DNA of 63,526 nt, the filler included, from Octopus bimaculoides (Eukaryota): NCBI RefSeq assembly GCF_001194135.2. It is 8 parts of 7 records of this genome, joined end to end, with 100 filler letters (N's around TTAATTAATTAA, not from the genome) between each part and the next. Parts side by side here need not be neighbours in the genome. Positions count along the whole stretch, not along the records: positions 27,301 to 40,282 come from NC_069000.1; positions 40,383 to 41,896 come from NC_069006.1; positions 41,997 to 43,384 come from NW_026314114.1; positions 43,485 to 58,167 come from NC_068986.1; 4 more parts are not named here. One strand, written 5' to 3'. This document shows, piece by piece, positions 39,186 to 52,011 of the stretch (positions are counted from its first letter, which is position 1; each line of letters begins with the position of its first letter). A model generated the notes under the pieces. It ran no database searches, was not told the DNA's origin, and saw only the letters and a program-made list of their open reading frames with translations. Both the position numbers and the translations under genes were made by a program.

Positions 39186-40597
39186 TGCGCGTGCCCCCTT
39201 TCGTTTGTGCTGAGTCTGTATGTATATACGCATATATATATCGATTTACAGGATATACTATATCCGCTTTGCAAATTTCACATACAAGCCATTTGTAAAC
39301 ACGAGTGTTCTATAGAAGACACTTGCCGAAGGTGCCGAGCAGTAGGATCGAACCTGGAACTCAATGTTTTCAAAGCTAACTTATTAACGGATACAGCCTT
39401 ACCTGTTCCTCTGTTGGCTTGGGTGTAATCAAACCTAGGTGAACCAACAATAAATATATCTAATTAAATTTGGTAAATTCTTGGTATTTCCGACAGAAGC
39501 ATCAAAAAGAAGAAGAAGAAAAATAATAGAAAAGGAAAGAAGCAATTATTATTCCGCTCAAACTTCATAAAACTTCCAAGAATTTTATGACAACAGTATA
39601 AGAAAGAGAAAGAGAGGAGCGGAAGCAAACGTAAATGCTCTTACAAATGAACCAAAGTATGAGACATCAATAACAAAGGTTTAATAAAGATGTCTCCCGC
39701 TGGGTTTCCATACTTCGAAGTGTTGTTGTCGTTGTCGTTGTCGTTGTTGTTGTTGTCGTTGTTGTTGTTAAGGTGTTCCGCGACGAATATTATTACACTT
39801 AACTTGTTTTAATGACTAATGCCTCCATAATGGAACGTTATGGTGTCATTCGAACGTAACGTGTAAAAGCGCTTGATTTACCCGTGTGCATGTCTCTTCC
39901 CATCTCTTTCTTTCTTTCTTACTTTCTTTCTTTCTCTCCATGCACAAACGTACACACAGAAAGACAGACAGATATGCAGACACACAAACGAACTCACGAT
40001 CAAACAATAAATAAAACACGCAGATATGTTTTGTGCGTATGTATGAGGAATTATAAAGCACGAATAGTGTATTAATATGCCTATGTACAGAAATAGGTTC
40101 GCGCGGGTTTATGTAGAGTGGGCGAACGGGGGCGGCGGAGAAGAAGGGCGACAAAAATACACATGCACTTAAGTAGGGACTTTACACTGGATAATACATG
40201 GATTGACAGACAGACAGACAGTCAGAGAGAGAGACAGACAGACGGATATATATATATACACACATGCATACATACACACCCGNNNNNNNNNNNNNNNNNN
40301 NNNNNNNNNNNNNNNNNNNNNNNNNNTTAATTAATTAANNNNNNNNNNNNNNNNNNNNNNNNNNNNNNNNNNNNNNNNNNNNCTGTAGTTACTTTAGTTG
40401 TAGATTTGTATATGTTATGTGTGTGTGTGTTGTGTATCTATCTATAGTTATATATGTGTGTGTGTGTGTGTGTGTGGTTGTGCACACACATGTGCTCACT
40501 CCTACATGCAAACACACACACATTCAAAAGCTAGCAGCAAATTACGTACGCTTATGTGCGTGTTCAGTGCGCATGCATCTTTTGTGTGTGTGTGCGT

Positions 40598-40644
<47 letters not shown>

Positions 40645-41117
40645 GGGGAGGGGGGAGAGAAAAGGAGAGAGTAAGAGAAGGATAGAAGGAAGAAAAGTGA
40701 TAGTGATATCTACTAAGGTTGTTTGTAAATTTGTATTTGCACAGCGTGCTTCTATGTGCGGATATACTTTATACATACATACACACATACATACATACAC
40801 ACCATATAAATATGGAGACATATCTATACACATGTCTATACACATGTCTGTCGGTATCTATCTATCTATCTATCTATATAGTGAGAAGCCTCGAATGGAT
40901 ACGCTGATGAATAGAGATAATAGCCCGTTGTATGGTTGACTTAGTTGTCAAACGTTGGTGGATATTTGATCGCATCACATGTCACACTGTGTGTGTATGC
41001 GTGTGTCTGACAAGCATTATTGGTTGCCATTAGCAACAAAAATATCCCTGCAAGATAAGACAAAAAGATCATACAGGGGTTGTTGGTTGCCAATAGCAAT
41101 TTTCGTATTGTATAACC

Positions 41118-41310
41118 GTTTTTACCTTTTATCATTGACATGTTTCAGTCTCCGCCTTGAACGGTTTAAATTGAACCGACGCCACCAACTAATTTTTGAA
41201 GTCTGGCTTTTATTCTATTGGCCACTTTTGCCGAACCGCTACGTCACAGGGAAGTAGGCAAATTAACACCTGTTTTTCAAGAGGTACGGGGCAGACACAA
41301 ACACACACAT
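41118..41310 (-). mobile_element. SINE family B, decayed 3' fragment
   Basis: TTATTCTATTGG...TTTTGCCGAACCGCTACGTCAC. Confidence 0.6.
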
Positions 41311-41514
41311 TCATTTATAGAAGGTTGACTTGTTATGGCCGGTGAGAGAGCTTAGCTGTGTAGGCGACTCGTGAGAGTCAGACGAGTCGAGTCGCCTAAA
41401 CAGCTAAATGCTTTGGGATTTTCATTTGGAGTACAAAAAAATATCTCCATAGACTATGTAAGAAAAAAATGGGTCTAGATCAGACCCTTACCAGACACTA
41501 CATGATGTATACAT

Positions 41515-41720
41515 TCAAAACGGGTTCTTCAGCAATGGAAGTGGTAAGAAATATTGGTTCAATGTATGGAAGTAAAGATTTAAGGGTCGGACATACCAAC
41601 GATCGTTGACCAACTTCGCTCGGACATCCCTCAAGGGATGAACGGTAAAAATGTAGATTTTGATGAAACCGAACTCAAGATGTAAAATTGAACGATACAA
41701 TAGATCGCTTCTCAATTTGT
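41515..41720 (+). pseudogene. Decayed mariner transposase N-terminus
   Basis: FKTGSSAMEVVRNIGSMYG..., then with frameshift TYQRSLTNF...DFDETELK. Resembles the mariner HTH region FKxGxSAxEAxRNINxVYG...TCQRWFxKF...FDExxLK. Confidence 0.55.
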
Positions 41721-43570
41721 CAGCCATTTTACAGATCTTACCATCGTCTTTAACGAGATGACGGAGAAGAAGGAGGGGAAAGAGAAGACGAATGAAATAC
41801 AAGAAGAAGAAAAAAGGGGGTGGAGGAGGAGGAGGTAGACGAGGAGAAGAAGAGGTCAGAAAGGGGAATTATTAACTGTAATTAATGATGTAATAANNNN
41901 NNNNNNNNNNNNNNNNNNNNNNNNNNNNNNNNNNNNNNNNTTAATTAATTAANNNNNNNNNNNNNNNNNNNNNNNNNNNNNNNNNNNNNNNNNNNNTATA
42001 TATATATATTCTTTCTTTTTTTTTCAGTATGGAAATGAGTAATTATCAAACGGAAATTTATGAAGTCCTTATGATAAATTTTGGGAGGATAGCTTTTTAA
42101 TTCAGTGTTTATTTAATTTCTACAGTAATAATGTTATTATGATATTATTTTTTTAGAAAGTTTCTTTCTTATGTAAACTATGTAATTTTTTAATTATTTA
42201 TCTTGATTTTTAGTAATGATTACTATAAATAATTAATAAAAATATTATTTGCTATTTGACTAGAGATGATATAGTATTTTAAATATATAATTTTGTTGTT
42301 TACCCATAGATAAATAGCATATCGTTATTATAATAAAATGTATTTTTTAATAATATGAAAGAATGAAAGGGATATTTCTTATTTTGCCATGGTTTTTAAA
42401 TATTTAAAAAAATTTTGTTCCTGGTATTTAAAAAAAAAAAAATAATGAGCTAAGATATATTCCGATTAAAATACTTAATAGTATGCAAATATATTTCATG
42501 ACCATTATATTGGTAGTATATTTTTTATCTTTGTTTTTGGTTTTAATTATTGACAATCACACTTGGAAACAAATATATTTAAATTCAGTCTTTTCTTGGA
42601 TCTGTGAATCCTTATGTATAAAAAATTGCACTGAGGGGATTCTTGTCCCAAAACAATGGATTTTTATAATTTTATTATGGATAAGAATCGAAACAATTGT
42701 ATGTAATTTGTATTTAATATTTATTATTTGTTATTTTGTTATATTATTATAAGAATATAATATAATATAGTATTATGTTAATAAATTTTAAATTTAAATT
42801 TTTGAATTGTCAATTATTATATATATCTCAATTTTCAATTCATTTTTATAAATTTAATATATACCATGTAATTTGTAAGGCTTTCTCTGCAAAATTGAGT
42901 ATTTAACAGTGGAGCCAGTGAAATATTAGATGATGTTTTCATCCCTATTTTCCTTATATATATATATATAAAGGCACCTATGTTTGTGTATGCCTTTGTG
43001 TTTCTATATCTTTGTATTGGAAAGAAATATTTATTATGAGTCAAAAACAGATAAACTATAATTTCTGTTAACTAATGACTCTGGTTTGACTTATTTTGTT
43101 TATCTTCTTTATTGCTTTCATGCTTTCAAAATATAAATAAAATGATTTTGCAGAATATTTTGAGATAGGAATTGCATTTTGGCCTCGAGAAACCTTCACC
43201 AGCAATGACTACCCAAACAGACCCATGGTTTGGAGAGTTGTCACCTGAGTGGTGCAAAAGTGTCATCTACCAGGAGTGTGGAATTACAAGCAAATGGTGG
43301 ATGCAGCAATGCACAGTTACAGTGCACGCCCCTGTACTACTACTACTACTACTACTGCTGCTGCTGCTACTACAACTACTACTANNNNNNNNNNNNNNNN
43401 NNNNNNNNNNNNNNNNNNNNNNNNNNNNTTAATTAATTAANNNNNNNNNNNNNNNNNNNNNNNNNNNNNNNNNNNNNNNNNNNNTCCTTCCTTTCCCCTC
43501 CCAAAAAGAAAAGCTCTACATTGTATTTGTCCCATCTTCGTTGAGCCCTGTGTGGCTAATAAAAGAAATG

Positions 43571-43659
<89 letters not shown>

Positions 43660-43674
43660 GTATGCATATATGTA

Positions 43675-43727
<53 letters not shown>

Positions 43728-44201
43728 CTGTCTGTTTGTCTGTCTGTCTGTCTGTATGCATGTATGTACCTCTCTCTCTCTCTCTCAGTCTCTCTATCTA
43801 GATATTTATACATATGATATTGTACGAAGAAGCATTGAATAAAATATTTTCATGTAAAGTCATATTTAACATGCTCTAGTGTATTTGGAGTAACAAGATC
43901 TTTCTTATTACGGAAAGAGACCAGGGAAAAATTCTCCACCCAGACATGTGTAAAATATTTTGAGGTCTGTGTGTGACGTCACTGTCTCGCAGGGCGCATG
44001 TATTTCTGTGCCGTTTCGCTTTGTCAGCTACGAAAATCAAATCTGGTCTCTTTCTCAGGTCGATATGAAGAGTGAAGTTTCCTGGTTTACTTTAGTATTG
44101 TGTGATGTTGTAGTTTGAGATTGTTCCAAGTTATATGTTCTCATGCTGAATCAGCAACAGGGTGTGGATACGACAGATTCTGTTCAGTTTTTATATACTA
44201 T

Positions 44202-44585
44202 GATGTTGGCACTCCGTCGCTTACGACGTCGAGGGTTCCAGTTGATCCGATCAACAGAACAGCCTGCTCGTGAAATTAACGTGCAAGTGGCTGAGCACTC
44301 CACAGACACGTGTACCCTTAACGTAGTTCTCGGGGATATTCAGTGTGACACAGTGTGACAAGGCTGACCCTTTGAATTACAGGCACAACAGAAATAGGAA
44401 GTAAGAGTGAGAGAAAATTGTGGTGAAAGAGTATAGCAGGGTTCGCCACCACCCCCTGCCGGAGCCTCGTGGAGCTTTAGGTGTTTTCGCTCAATAAACA
44501 CTCATAACGCCCGGTCTGGGAATCGAAACCGTGATCCTATGACCGCGAGTCCGCTGCCCTAACCACTGAGCCATTGCGCCTCCAC
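44202..44585 (-). mobile_element. Full-length tRNA-derived SINE (working family A) with 12-bp TSD
   Basis: tRNA-like head at 44510-44585 (reverse complement GTGGAGGCGCAATGGCTCAGTGGTTAGGGCAGCGGACTCGCGG...GGTTTCGATTCCCAGACC). TTTATATACTAT flanks both ends (44190-44201, 44586-44597). Near-identical to the copies at 7.1 and 51.7 kb. Confidence 0.9.
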
Positions 44586-46550
44586 TTTATATACTATATT
44601 CCACCCGGAAAATATTAACCACTCTGATACTATCGTAATACATACTTGTGTAAAATGCCGCAACTTGGGTTCGAACGTAGTATTCTTAACTACACAATCA
44701 TGACCGTTATATACACAATCACACTCGATTACTCATGCGCACAGTTGAGTATAAATCTTTCACAAGTTAGAAATATAGGAAAGAAAACTAAGTCGGAAGA
44801 GCAAATGTACACTGATTGTAGACTAGCGTTGGATGTGTTACACACTGAACGTAAATCACATCAGTTCACATACACATAGACACTCAAGTATACTGTGGCA
44901 AATAAAATCAGGCAGACAGGCAGATAGATAGACAGGCAGACAGACAAATAGACAGATAGACAGACAGGCACACGCGCGCACACACACACACACACACATA
45001 CACGCGCGCGCGCGCTTTCATTGAAACTAATCTCTTGCTAATTAGAAAAAATACGCTATTCGTCTGGAAATACTTGGTTGTTCTTTGATTCAGATAGCAA
45101 AGACAAATGGAATTTTCGAAAAAGCTTGAAGGTCATTTACAATATCATTCAAATACTCGTTAGTCATCCACTTCCCCATTCAAATGCGATTATGTTTCGT
45201 TGAAGAATTGGCGTTATCAAAATGATCTTTCTTGATGACATTTTTTTCTTCACTCATGAGCGTTTCAAAATGGCGTATTAAAAAAGAGCTGACACATTTG
45301 GATATAGGTACATCCAATTTTACCTATCCACATAATTATCTATCTGCTTAGCATCTGATCTATCAATCTATCTATCTTATCTTCTCTTTGTTATCTTGCC
45401 TGTCTGTCTGTCTGTCTGTCTTTCTGTCTGTCTGTCTGTCCGTCCTCCTGTGTGCCTGCCTGCCTGCCTGTCTGTCTGTCTATCTACCTATTTATCTATG
45501 TAGCTATCTATCAAACCTACCTACCTCCCTACATACCTACATACCTACCTACCTACCTACCTACCTACCTACCTCTCTCTCTCTCTCTCTCTCTCTCCAT
45601 CTCTCCATCTAATCCTAGCCATTCGCCTCCGCACCATTTTATTCCCACTGTTATTCAAATTACTTCAGTTTCTCATTGATAAATTGCTGCCAGTCTTTCA
45701 ACCAAGTGAAGTTCTGGTAATTTTGAATGAAATTTCTATGAATCTCAATAACAATCCCAAATATAAACACACTAATCCATCTCGACATGAACTATACACT
45801 CACTCATCTATATACACAGAACTTATCTATACACGTCAAATACTCTCTTCTCTACAACAACTCTTATAACCCCATCCCTACAAAACTAACCCCAAAATGA
45901 GTCATTCTATTGTAGACCATAGAACAATCTTTATTGCATGGAAGGAATTTAGCATTGGGAATTGGCACCAAGTCAGGTTCCGAGCTCTCAGTAGAAAAAC
46001 AAAGACAAATCAAAAATAATGCGTATTTGGCATGGAACAAGCGTGCGCACATTCACTAGCATTGCTCTATCAAATTGCGATTACGTTTTTTTACTTAATA
46101 TTACTGATTTCATATAACCGAATATAATGCATACGTCACACATACATACATACATACATACATACATACATACACATATATATATATATAGGTGACAGCA
46201 TTTTATAAACAAACTTTGGAAGCATCGAATGTGTTTGGTATTTTACAGACAAGAAAGAAATATTTCGAAAGCTGTATAACCGTGGAAACAGCAGAGAAAG
46301 ATTGGGTATTTTACTATATAAATTAATAAAGGACTGAACCAGTGCGTGTGTTTATTACCGGCATAATGCCTCTCCCAAGGTTTAATTGTATTTTACCATT
46401 ATAAGACGGGAAAGAGTCGTTAGGACGCGGCAATTTATTTCCACCTTATAAGGGCAAAAATACGAAGTCTTTCTGCTGTTTTCGTGGCTACACTGCGTTC
46501 GATATTTACTTTCTTGTCTGTCTGTCTGTCTGCCTGCCTGTCTGTCTGCC

Positions 46551-46581
<31 letters not shown>

Positions 46582-47641
46582 ATCTCTCTCTCTCTCTCTG
46601 TCNNNNNNNNNNNNNNNNNNNNNNNNNNNNNNNNNNNNNNNNNNNNNNNNNNNNNNNNNNNNNNNNNNNNNNNNNNNNNNNNNNNNNNNNNNNNNNNNNN
46701 NNNNNNNNNNNNNNNNNNNNNNNNNNNNNNNNNNNNNNNNNNNNNNNNNNNNNNNNNNNNNNNNNNNNNNNNNNNNNNNNNNNNNNNNNNATATATATAT
46801 ACATACATACTGACACATATTCGCGTATAAATTTATATTCAACTACGGTAGCAGCTTAATAATATTCTTAACGTCGTTTTTTGGAACTCATATCATGTTT
46901 TGATATGAGTTCCAAGTGTATTAGTTTCAGAAGTGTTGTTAATAAATTATCTTTAATCAGAATCGGAAATACCGGAAGCATTTCTTTTGATCTTTAAAAT
47001 TTTACTCATTGCCCCAGCATGGTCTTACCAAACTAGCTAGAGCCAATAAATCAGTCAAAGAGTGTCGCTAAGTACATTTTTTTTTTTACTGTTGTGCAGT
47101 AAAATGGCAGTATGATGTGGAAAAAGAGATTCACTTAAAGTCGACGTGTAACATAACACGGTTTCGATTTCCGCTTGAAACCACTTCTTCCATTACGCAA
47201 CCAACAGACACTGCGAGGAGATGATAAAAAACAAACAAACAAGAAAACAAAACAAAAACAAGCAAAACAAAATCTGCACTAATTACCCTTTTGCCTCGTC
47301 TAAAAACAATATTTGTGTCACTGTTATTATTGATTTTGAGCCCAGAGCTTTAAAGTAAAATGGGAATCGTCCATAACTCGGTTTCAATTCAACTTCAACG
47401 ACGCCATTTTACTCCCCCATTGCTCCTCACTGCTATTCTCCAATAGGTGTCGTTTACATCGAACAAAATCAAATATGAACCATTGTACACTTTATAAGTG
47501 ACCATCTCTTTGCATACTGATGTCGTTTAAACGGTAAAGAAATGGTTCTGTTGCCTTTTGAAGGGGCACGAACGCCACGCACCTTATTCAACCTCTACAA
47601 CATGTTTACATTCCTGTACCAAATAGATATTGAGATTTATC

Positions 47642-47697
<56 letters not shown>

Positions 47698-48013
47698 TGC
47701 CATACTACTTGCCCCCTTATCTTCTCTTTCCCTATTTTTCATTCGCTCATCCAAAATTCCTCCTCGAATTTTTCCATTCTATTAATTCACTAAACTTACG
47801 TCATTTCGCATTCTCTACCCAATCTTAGCATATTCCACTTCCTGCATTCCTTCTATTCATCTTTTTTTTTTTACATTTTGTATTTAATTCACTTAAAAAA
47901 AAATTCTCTCCCTCCTTTCGTTTTTCTTTTTTTCCCCCTATTTCTCTAATAGCTTTGTTTCATCATTCAAACGAAAAAAAAAATCCACAAAAATTAAGAG
48001 ATAGTCGTAGTAG

Positions 48014-48045
<32 letters not shown>

Positions 48046-48624
48046 TTGTTATTATTATTAATAATAGTAATAACAGTAATGAGAAAAGCGAAATCCTTTG
48101 AAAACTAGGCATAAACCCCCAACAGGTTTCTCATGTGAAGTGTCTTTGAATGTATGTTTTTTTTTTTTTTTTTGTAATTCTCCCATTATCAGGAATGCTA
48201 TTTAATTTATCTGCTGCCAGTTGTGTATTGGATTTGTGAAAGATAAGAATATGCCAAAATGGAATAAATAGATTCACAGAGATAGAATTAAGGAAAATAA
48301 GAAAAATAAAATAAAAAAAAAGCATCGTGGAAAACCAAAAGATGAATGAAAAACGAAGGAACGTACATGTACACACACACACGTACACACACCCACGTAC
48401 ACACACCCACACACACACATACACTCACACACACACACACACATACACACACACGTACACACACACGTACACACACACACACGTACACACACACACACAC
48501 ACACACGTACACACACACACTTATACACACGCAGATACACCCACACATACATACACATGTACGTATATTATATGTACGTAATGCATATATATATGTACTT
48601 ATGTATGTTTGAGTGTGGGTGTGT

Positions 48625-48687
<63 letters not shown>

Positions 48688-48883
48688 TGTAATAAGGGTG
48701 GAAGGAAGAAGATAAAGAAAAAAAAGTTGATGCCGAGATGAAAGTTGATGACTTGTTAATCAAGAATTGTTTTCTACAGAGAGATGGTTTTGTGAAAGTG
48801 ACACGAGGGAAATCATGGACGGGCAGAACGAATACGCAAGTAGCACATTCTAATAATGAATGGGTCAGTTTAGCAATTAGATG

Positions 48884-48964
<81 letters not shown>

Positions 48965-50243
48965 CACGCACACGAACGCACACGCATGCACGCGTATACA
49001 CACATTATTTCAGAGCTGCCTGTTATTATCAGCAATGACCATCTGAGAGTGAACAAAACATGTAGATGGTGATCGTGGTGGTTTATAATGGTGGCCAGTT
49101 TTAAGCAACATGGGCAGTTCTTGTGTGTTTGTAATTTTTTGTTAGTCGGTGTGTGTGTTTGTATCAGTTTTACACCAATAGCTGTGATCCAACGTCAACC
49201 AATGTAATCGTTTTCTAGTCCTCATTCGGTGTGAGATATCTTGTATCGTTTCGCTATGTATTTGCCTGAGTCGATCATCGTATTGTGCCCTTTACCATTT
49301 TTAATATCGTGCTTCCGTTTTAAAGAGTGGTAGAGGAAGTTGAACGTCAGACATGCGTACAGAGCTCCTCAGCCTTCTCGATTGTGTTTTGGTTATCATG
49401 TCTTCATTCCTGGCACTCTCTGTGCATTAAAAAGTCGCCTCTTCATTATTATTAATTACAATGTATGACAATATGCTGCATTTTTACACTGCCATTATAA
49501 TTCTGTGGTAATGTTTTGTCATCATCTTTGTATGTACGTTAATTGGTGATGAATTGTGGTGTTGTCGTTTTTTTTCTTCTCTGGACTGTGACAGTTCGGT
49601 TGTTGTACCACCATTAGCACTCTCTGTTAAGAGTGAGTGGGCTTCAAAAATCTGATCAGAAAAAAGAAATGGGTAGCGTTCATGTAGAGAGATGTAAAAA
49701 ATGCAGGGAATAGTGGAAAAAAAATACGCAACACATGGAAGCATTTAAAAAAGAATCGCATTAAAAAACAATACATACATACATACATACAAACATACAT
49801 ACATACATACATACATACACATATACATACACACATATATATGAGAACATAAGTGGGGTTTAAAACTCCACAGCAACTGTTTCAGAATGATTTTTTTTTC
49901 GATGACTACGATTGCATCATGAAAGAAATCCACTAAAACCAGGTGATTTTTTTTTTTACACAGGTGAGAAGAAAAAGTTTAAAGCGGTTTTCTTGCTAAG
50001 CCATCAGCAATGCGAATAAAAATGTTTGAAGACCCTTTGAAGATTTAAAGGGCTGTCAGCAATACACAGAGAGACAATAAGATTTCATCATAATCATTTA
50101 TGTATCTAATGAGGACTATCGATCTTTATTGTCGAATCGCTATGTTATGGAGACATAAACAAACCAACACAGGTTGTCACCTAGTTGAGAGGACAAATAC
50201 CAACACAAAGACACATACATACGAACAAACACAGACAGATGCA

Positions 50244-50296
<53 letters not shown>

Positions 50297-50300
<4 letters not shown>

Positions 50301-50553
50301 AGGGGTACCCAAAAGAAACCGGAATTTTGCAACGTTATTTTATTCACTTACTTTCTCATGTTTACACTTTTATCGCCTTCAAAGTATTCTCCATTTGAAG
50401 CAATGCATCGGTTCAGACGTGTTTTCCATTATTCGAAGAAGTCCTGGAACTCTTGCAAAGTGATGCCTTTTAACACCTGCGTCGTTTTTTACTTCATCTC
50501 TTCCACATCTGGAAATTTCGTAGCACCACCTTTCCTCACCAGTGATGACCTTC
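50297..50553 (-). mobile_element. Mariner 3' end with TIR, internally deleted; remainder in gap
   Basis: TIR-like ACGAAGGGGTACCCAAAAGAAACCGGAAT. Minus strand encodes KVITGEERW joined to TTQVLKGITLQEFQDFFE*WKTRLNRCIASNGEYFEGD. Confidence 0.8.
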
Positions 50554-51083
50554 NNNNNNNNNNNNNNNNNNNNNNNNNNNNNNNNNNNNNNNNNNNNNNN
50601 NNNNNNNNNNNNNNNNNNNNNNNNNNNNNNNNNNNNNNNNNNNNNNNNNNNNNNNNNNNNNNNNNNNNNNNNNNNNNNNNNNNNNNNNNNNNNNNNNNNN
50701 NNNNNNNNNNNNNNNNNNNNNNNNNNNNNNNNNNNNNNNNNNNNNNNNNNNNNNNNNNNNNNNNNNNNNNNNNNNNNNNNNNNNNNNNNNNNNNNNNNNN
50801 NNNNNNNNNNNNNNNNNNNNNNNNNNNNNNNNNNNNNNNNNNNNNNNNNNNNNNNNNNNNNNNNNNNNNNNNNNNNNNNNNNNNNNNNNNNNNNNNNNNN
50901 NNNNNNNNNNNNNNNNNNNNNNNNNNNNNNNNNNNNNNNNNNNNNNNNNNNNNNNNNNNNNNNNNNNNNNNNNNNNNNNNNNNNNNNNNNNNNNNNNNNN
51001 NNNNNNNNNNNNNNNNNNNNNNNNNNNNNNNNNNNNNNNNNNNNNNNNNCTGAACTACAACGAGCTTGTCTCACAGAGGGCGT

Positions 51084-51283
51084 TTCCTTTCTACTCTTGG
51101 CTCAAGACCTGAAATTTTGTAGGAAGGAGCAAGTCGATTAGATCGACCCCAGTACTCAACTGATACTTAATTTATCGACCCCGAAAGAGATGAAAGGCAA
51201 AGTCGACCTCGGCGGAATTTGAACTCAGAACGTACCGCTAAACATTTCGCCCGGCGTGCTAACCACTCTGCCAGCTCACCGCC
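51084..51283 (-). mobile_element. SINE family C, near full length
   Basis: CCTTTCTACT...GATCGACCCCAGTACTCAAC...AAAGGCAAAGTCGACCTCGGCGGAATTTGAACTCAGAACG...CCGGCGTGCTAAC...CTGCCAGCTCACCGCC. Confidence 0.85.
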
Positions 51284-51324
51284 TTCACAAAGGACGTTTG
51301 CGGTTACTTTTGGTTATCTCCTCG

Positions 51325-51470
51325 TATCCATTTACCTTTTATCTTTTATTGGTTTCAATCATTCGACTGCGGCCATGCTGGAGTACCCAAGTACTTATTT
51401 TTTTATTAAAGCCAGGTACTTATTCTATCAGACTCTTTTGCCGAACCGCTAATGTACATGGACGTAAATA
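51325..51470 (-). mobile_element. SINE family B, 3' fragment abutting the U2 copy
   Basis: GACTGCGGCCATGCTGG...AGGTACTTATTCTATC...TTGCCGAACCGCTAA...GGACGTAAA, followed immediately by U2. Confidence 0.78.
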
Positions 51471-51471
51471 T

Positions 51472-51663
51472 ATCGCTTCTCGGCCTTTTTGCTAAGATCA
51501 AAGTGTAGCATCTGTTCTTATCAGCTTAATATCTGATATGGTCCCTATTTGGGGGCTATCGATATTAAACTGCTTTTTAGAACAAGGCGAAGAGTTAGGG
51601 GCTTGCTCCGCCTTTGCCATGGGTTGTCCTGGTATTGCAGTATTTCCAGGATGCAGTCCATTT
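51472..51663 (+). ncRNA. U2: U2 spliceosomal snRNA, full-length copy; probably a pseudogene or variant
   Basis: Starts ATCGCTTCTCGGCCTTTTTGCTAAGATCAAAGTGTAGCATCTGTTCTTATCAGCTTAATATCTGATA, matching the U2 5' half. Stem IIa (TATCAG/CTGATA), stem III (GGGGC-TT-GCTCC) and stem-loop IV (CCTGG-TATTGCAGTATTT-CCAGG) are present. Deviations: G19>T, GTAGTA>GTAGCA, and the Sm site reads GCTTTTTAG. The upstream flank is SINE sequence. Confidence 0.93.
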
Positions 51664-51738
51664 CTCTTTTTTTTACATCCACATGTGTGTGTGCATGCAT
51701 GCGTGTGTGCATGTATGTATATATATATATACACACGA

Positions 51739-52011
51739 GTGGAGGCGCAATGGCCCAGTGGTTAGGGCAGCGGACTCGCGGTCATAGGATCGCGGTTTCG
51801 ATTCCCAGACCGGGCATTGTGAGTGTTTATTGAGCGAAAACACCTAAAGCTCCACGAGGCTCCGGCAGGGGGTGGTGGCGAACCCTGCTGTACTCTTTCA
51901 CCACAACTTTCTCTCATTCTTTCTTCCTGTTTCTGTTGTGCCTGTAATTCAAAGGGTCAGCCTTGTCACACTCTGTGTCACGCTGAATATCCCGAGAACT
52001 ACGTTAAGGGT
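51739..52011 (+). mobile_element. SINE family A; 3' part lost in gap
   Basis: Head with A/B boxes (TGGCCCAGTGG, GGTTTCGATTCC); collinear with 44202-44585. Confidence 0.88.
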
